A DNA stretch of 64,000 bases, taken from Marsupella aquatica (Eukaryota; Plantae; Marchantiophyta). The notes under the pieces were generated by a model, which saw only the letters and a list, made by a program, of their open reading frames with translations, ran no database searches and had not been told where the DNA came from. The stretch is taken from NCBI GenBank assembly GCA_973895155.1, contig OZ316899.1:6141241-6205240 (forward strand). The letters are read 5' to 3'. This document shows, one piece after another, positions 61,701-64,000 of the stretch (position 1 is the stretch's first letter; each line of letters starts with the position of its first letter). Position numbers and translations under genes: made by a program.

Positions 61701-64000
61701 ACGGAGAAGCAGAGAACATTTAACGTGGGTTACGGCCTGCGGGCCCCGGAGGAGAAGGCCATCCAAGAACTACTATCAGAGTATGAGGACGTCTTTGCAT
61801 GGAGTCATCGGGACTACACCGGGATTTCACCGGCCTATGGGGAACACATCATCGACCTAAATTTGGGTGCTCATGCTGTCCGAGAGAGACAACGAAGACT
61901 AAATCCACGCCACTCCATCTTGGTAAAAGAGGAACTTGATCAACTGATCATGGCGGACATCATCTACCCCGTCTTATCTAGTGAATGGGTGTCCCCCATT
62001 GTGGTGGTTCCCAAGAAAGTAGGGCCCAATGGTAAACCCAAGATTCAAATATGCCAGGACTACCGAAAGCTCAACGGTGCCACTCGCTTCCTTACACGGA
62101 TATGGTTCTCGACATGGTAGCCCGAAATGAGGTATACACCTTCTTGGACCGATTTTTGGGTTATAACCAGATCTGGATCAGACTATCGGACCAACTCAAG
62201 ACCACCTTCATAACGGAGTGGGGAACCTATGCGTTCAGAAGGATGCCCTTTGGCTTGTGCAATGCCCCTACGATGTTCCAGCGAATCATTATGAATATTT
62301 TTCATGATTTCCTACGAGAATTTTTGGAGGTCTTCATAGATGATTTTGCCATCTTTGGAACAATCGCTCAGCACCCAGAACACTTAAGGCGGACCTTCGA
62401 GCAATGCAAGGAAGTAGGATTGAAGCTGCACCCGGGTAAATGCTTCTTTGGGGTAATGAAAGGAGTGTTGCTTGGACATCGTGTATCCAAACGAGGCATT
62501 GATGTGGATCAAGAGAAGGTGGCCGCTTGGATGAATGTCCCTTACCCAACGGACCAGAAGGTGGTGCGGTCTTTCTTAGGCTATGTGGGGTACTACCGAT
62601 GATTCATTCAGGATTTTGCCAAAATCGCCCTACCCCTCACCGAAATGATGAAACAAGATGCAGTCATAGAATGACTCCCCGCCGAGTAGCCGCCTTTGAT
62701 GAACTAAAAAACCGTCTAACCATGGCCCCTATCTTGACCACTCTCGGATTGGAATAAGGAGTTCCACGTGTACGTTGACGTATCTGGGTTTTGCATCGGG
62801 TCAGTCTTGAGCCAACTGGATGACCTGAAACGCGACTACCCCATTTACTATACGAGCCGACAACTGTTTGCGGCAGAGAAAAATTATTCACCCACGGGTC
62901 AAGAGGCCTTGGGGATCATCTATTCGTGTTACAAAAAGTTTCGCCATTATCTATTGGGGTACAAGGTAGTTTTCCATACTGACCATGATAGCCTGAAGTA
63001 CATGGTAAACAAAGCGGACTTGACGGGGAGAATAGCTCGTTGGGTCCTATTGCTCCAAGAATTTGACTACAAAGTCTGAGTATGACCTGGGAAGGCACAC
63101 GTGAATGCGGACTTCTTCTCATGGATTGAGGGAGAATCGAACAGTGCACCAGTGGATGATGCATTTCTTGATGAAGAGTTATTCCACGTTGAAACAAACC
63201 AACCGACGTGGTATGGGGACCTCATCACCTTTCTCTTAACCGGCCGCATTCCAGGTAACATCAACCAGGAGGCCACGTCAGTCTTCGTGCGCAAGGCGAC
63301 GCCTTACATGATGATACGCGGACATTTGCATAAGGAAGGAGTCGACGGGAAGATCCGCAGATGCCTGGAATATAATGAAACAATCATCGTCATGAGAGCT
63401 ATGCACAAGGAGGAGGCAGGGGGACACTTCACCCCAGTAACCATGTCCCACAAAATCTTGGACGCGGGTTATTGGTGGCCTACGCTTCATCACAACGTAG
63501 CCCGGTTCATCCGAGGTTGCAACTTGTGTTAGCGGGCGGGCAAACCACGCAGATCGGGTAATCACCCTCTTACCCCGATCTTTCCCTTGGCCCCATTTGA
63601 GAAATGGGGCGTTGATTATATCGGACCGTTCACCCCTGTAACCCAAGGTCGGCGTTGCCGGTACATTCTTCTCGCTATTGACTATTCAACTAAGTGGGTA
63701 GAGGCCCGAGCAACGGTCAAAGATGACGGAGCCACCACCGCCAGGTTCCTGTACAAACAGATCTTCACCCGTTTTGGACCCCCGTTGGAGTTAGTCAGTG
63801 ACCGCGGGACTCATTTCCTGAATGAAACGGTCAAAAAACTGACTAACCGTTACCTCGTCAAACACAGGAAGACTACCCCTTACCACCCCAAATGTAACGG
63901 ACTAACAGAGCGGGCTAATGGTATTGTGGGAAAAATCCTCAACAAAACCGTAGCCGCCCACAAAATGGACTAGGATGACAAGATTTTTGCGGCAATCTAT
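58800..64000 (+). pseudogene. gag-pol of Gypsy D, decayed
   Basis: Knuckles CYNCEKPGHFAREC and CQVCRTKAHSMANC; PR VDGGSEVN; RT WVSPIVVVPKK...MPFGLCNAP...FIDD; RH YVDVSG...TDH; INT H..E.GGHF...C..C, PFEKWGVDY, SDRGTHF, NGLTER. Confidence 0.93.

Larger units (their letters stand above)
57116..64000 (+). mobile_element. Ty3/Gypsy element D; runs off the window end
   Basis: LTR ~57116-58458, PBS at 58466, then gag, PR, RT, RH and INT in Gypsy order. Confidence 0.9.

Overview
This is eukaryotic land-plant heterochromatin, probably from a non-seed plant such as a bryophyte (inferred from element lineages, spliceosomal introns, TTTAGGG motifs and heavy C>T decay). No intact host gene, RNA gene or CRISPR array was seen. 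The window is almost entirely nested transposable elements. Left to right: (1) a minus-strand multi-ORF element ending in a P/THAP9-like transposase that runs off the window start; (2) truncated Ty3/Gypsy elements, one from a family whose 1.5-kb LTRs end AGT...ACT (two solo LTRs with 5-bp TSDs); (3) a decayed CACTA region interrupted by a Bianca-type Ty1/Copia element (16699-46254, TSD ACATA), which itself holds a solo LTR, a non-autonomous Bianca-type element containing a full-length Bianca copy, and an L1 LINE; (4) inside that LINE, a complete 10.7-kb CACTA-superfamily transposon (32801-43497, CACAACTACAA termini, TTT TSD); (5) a Ulp1 protease pseudogene, a second CACTA transposase and two more Gypsy elements. 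The most notable observation is a SET-domain (lysine methyltransferase-like) ORF nested inside an intron of the complete CACTA element's transposase gene, together with ACGT-core motif clusters in that element's non-coding segments. This is a candidate transposon-encoded chromatin-modifying or anti-silencing system. All family assignments come from motif recognition by eye; no searches were run.
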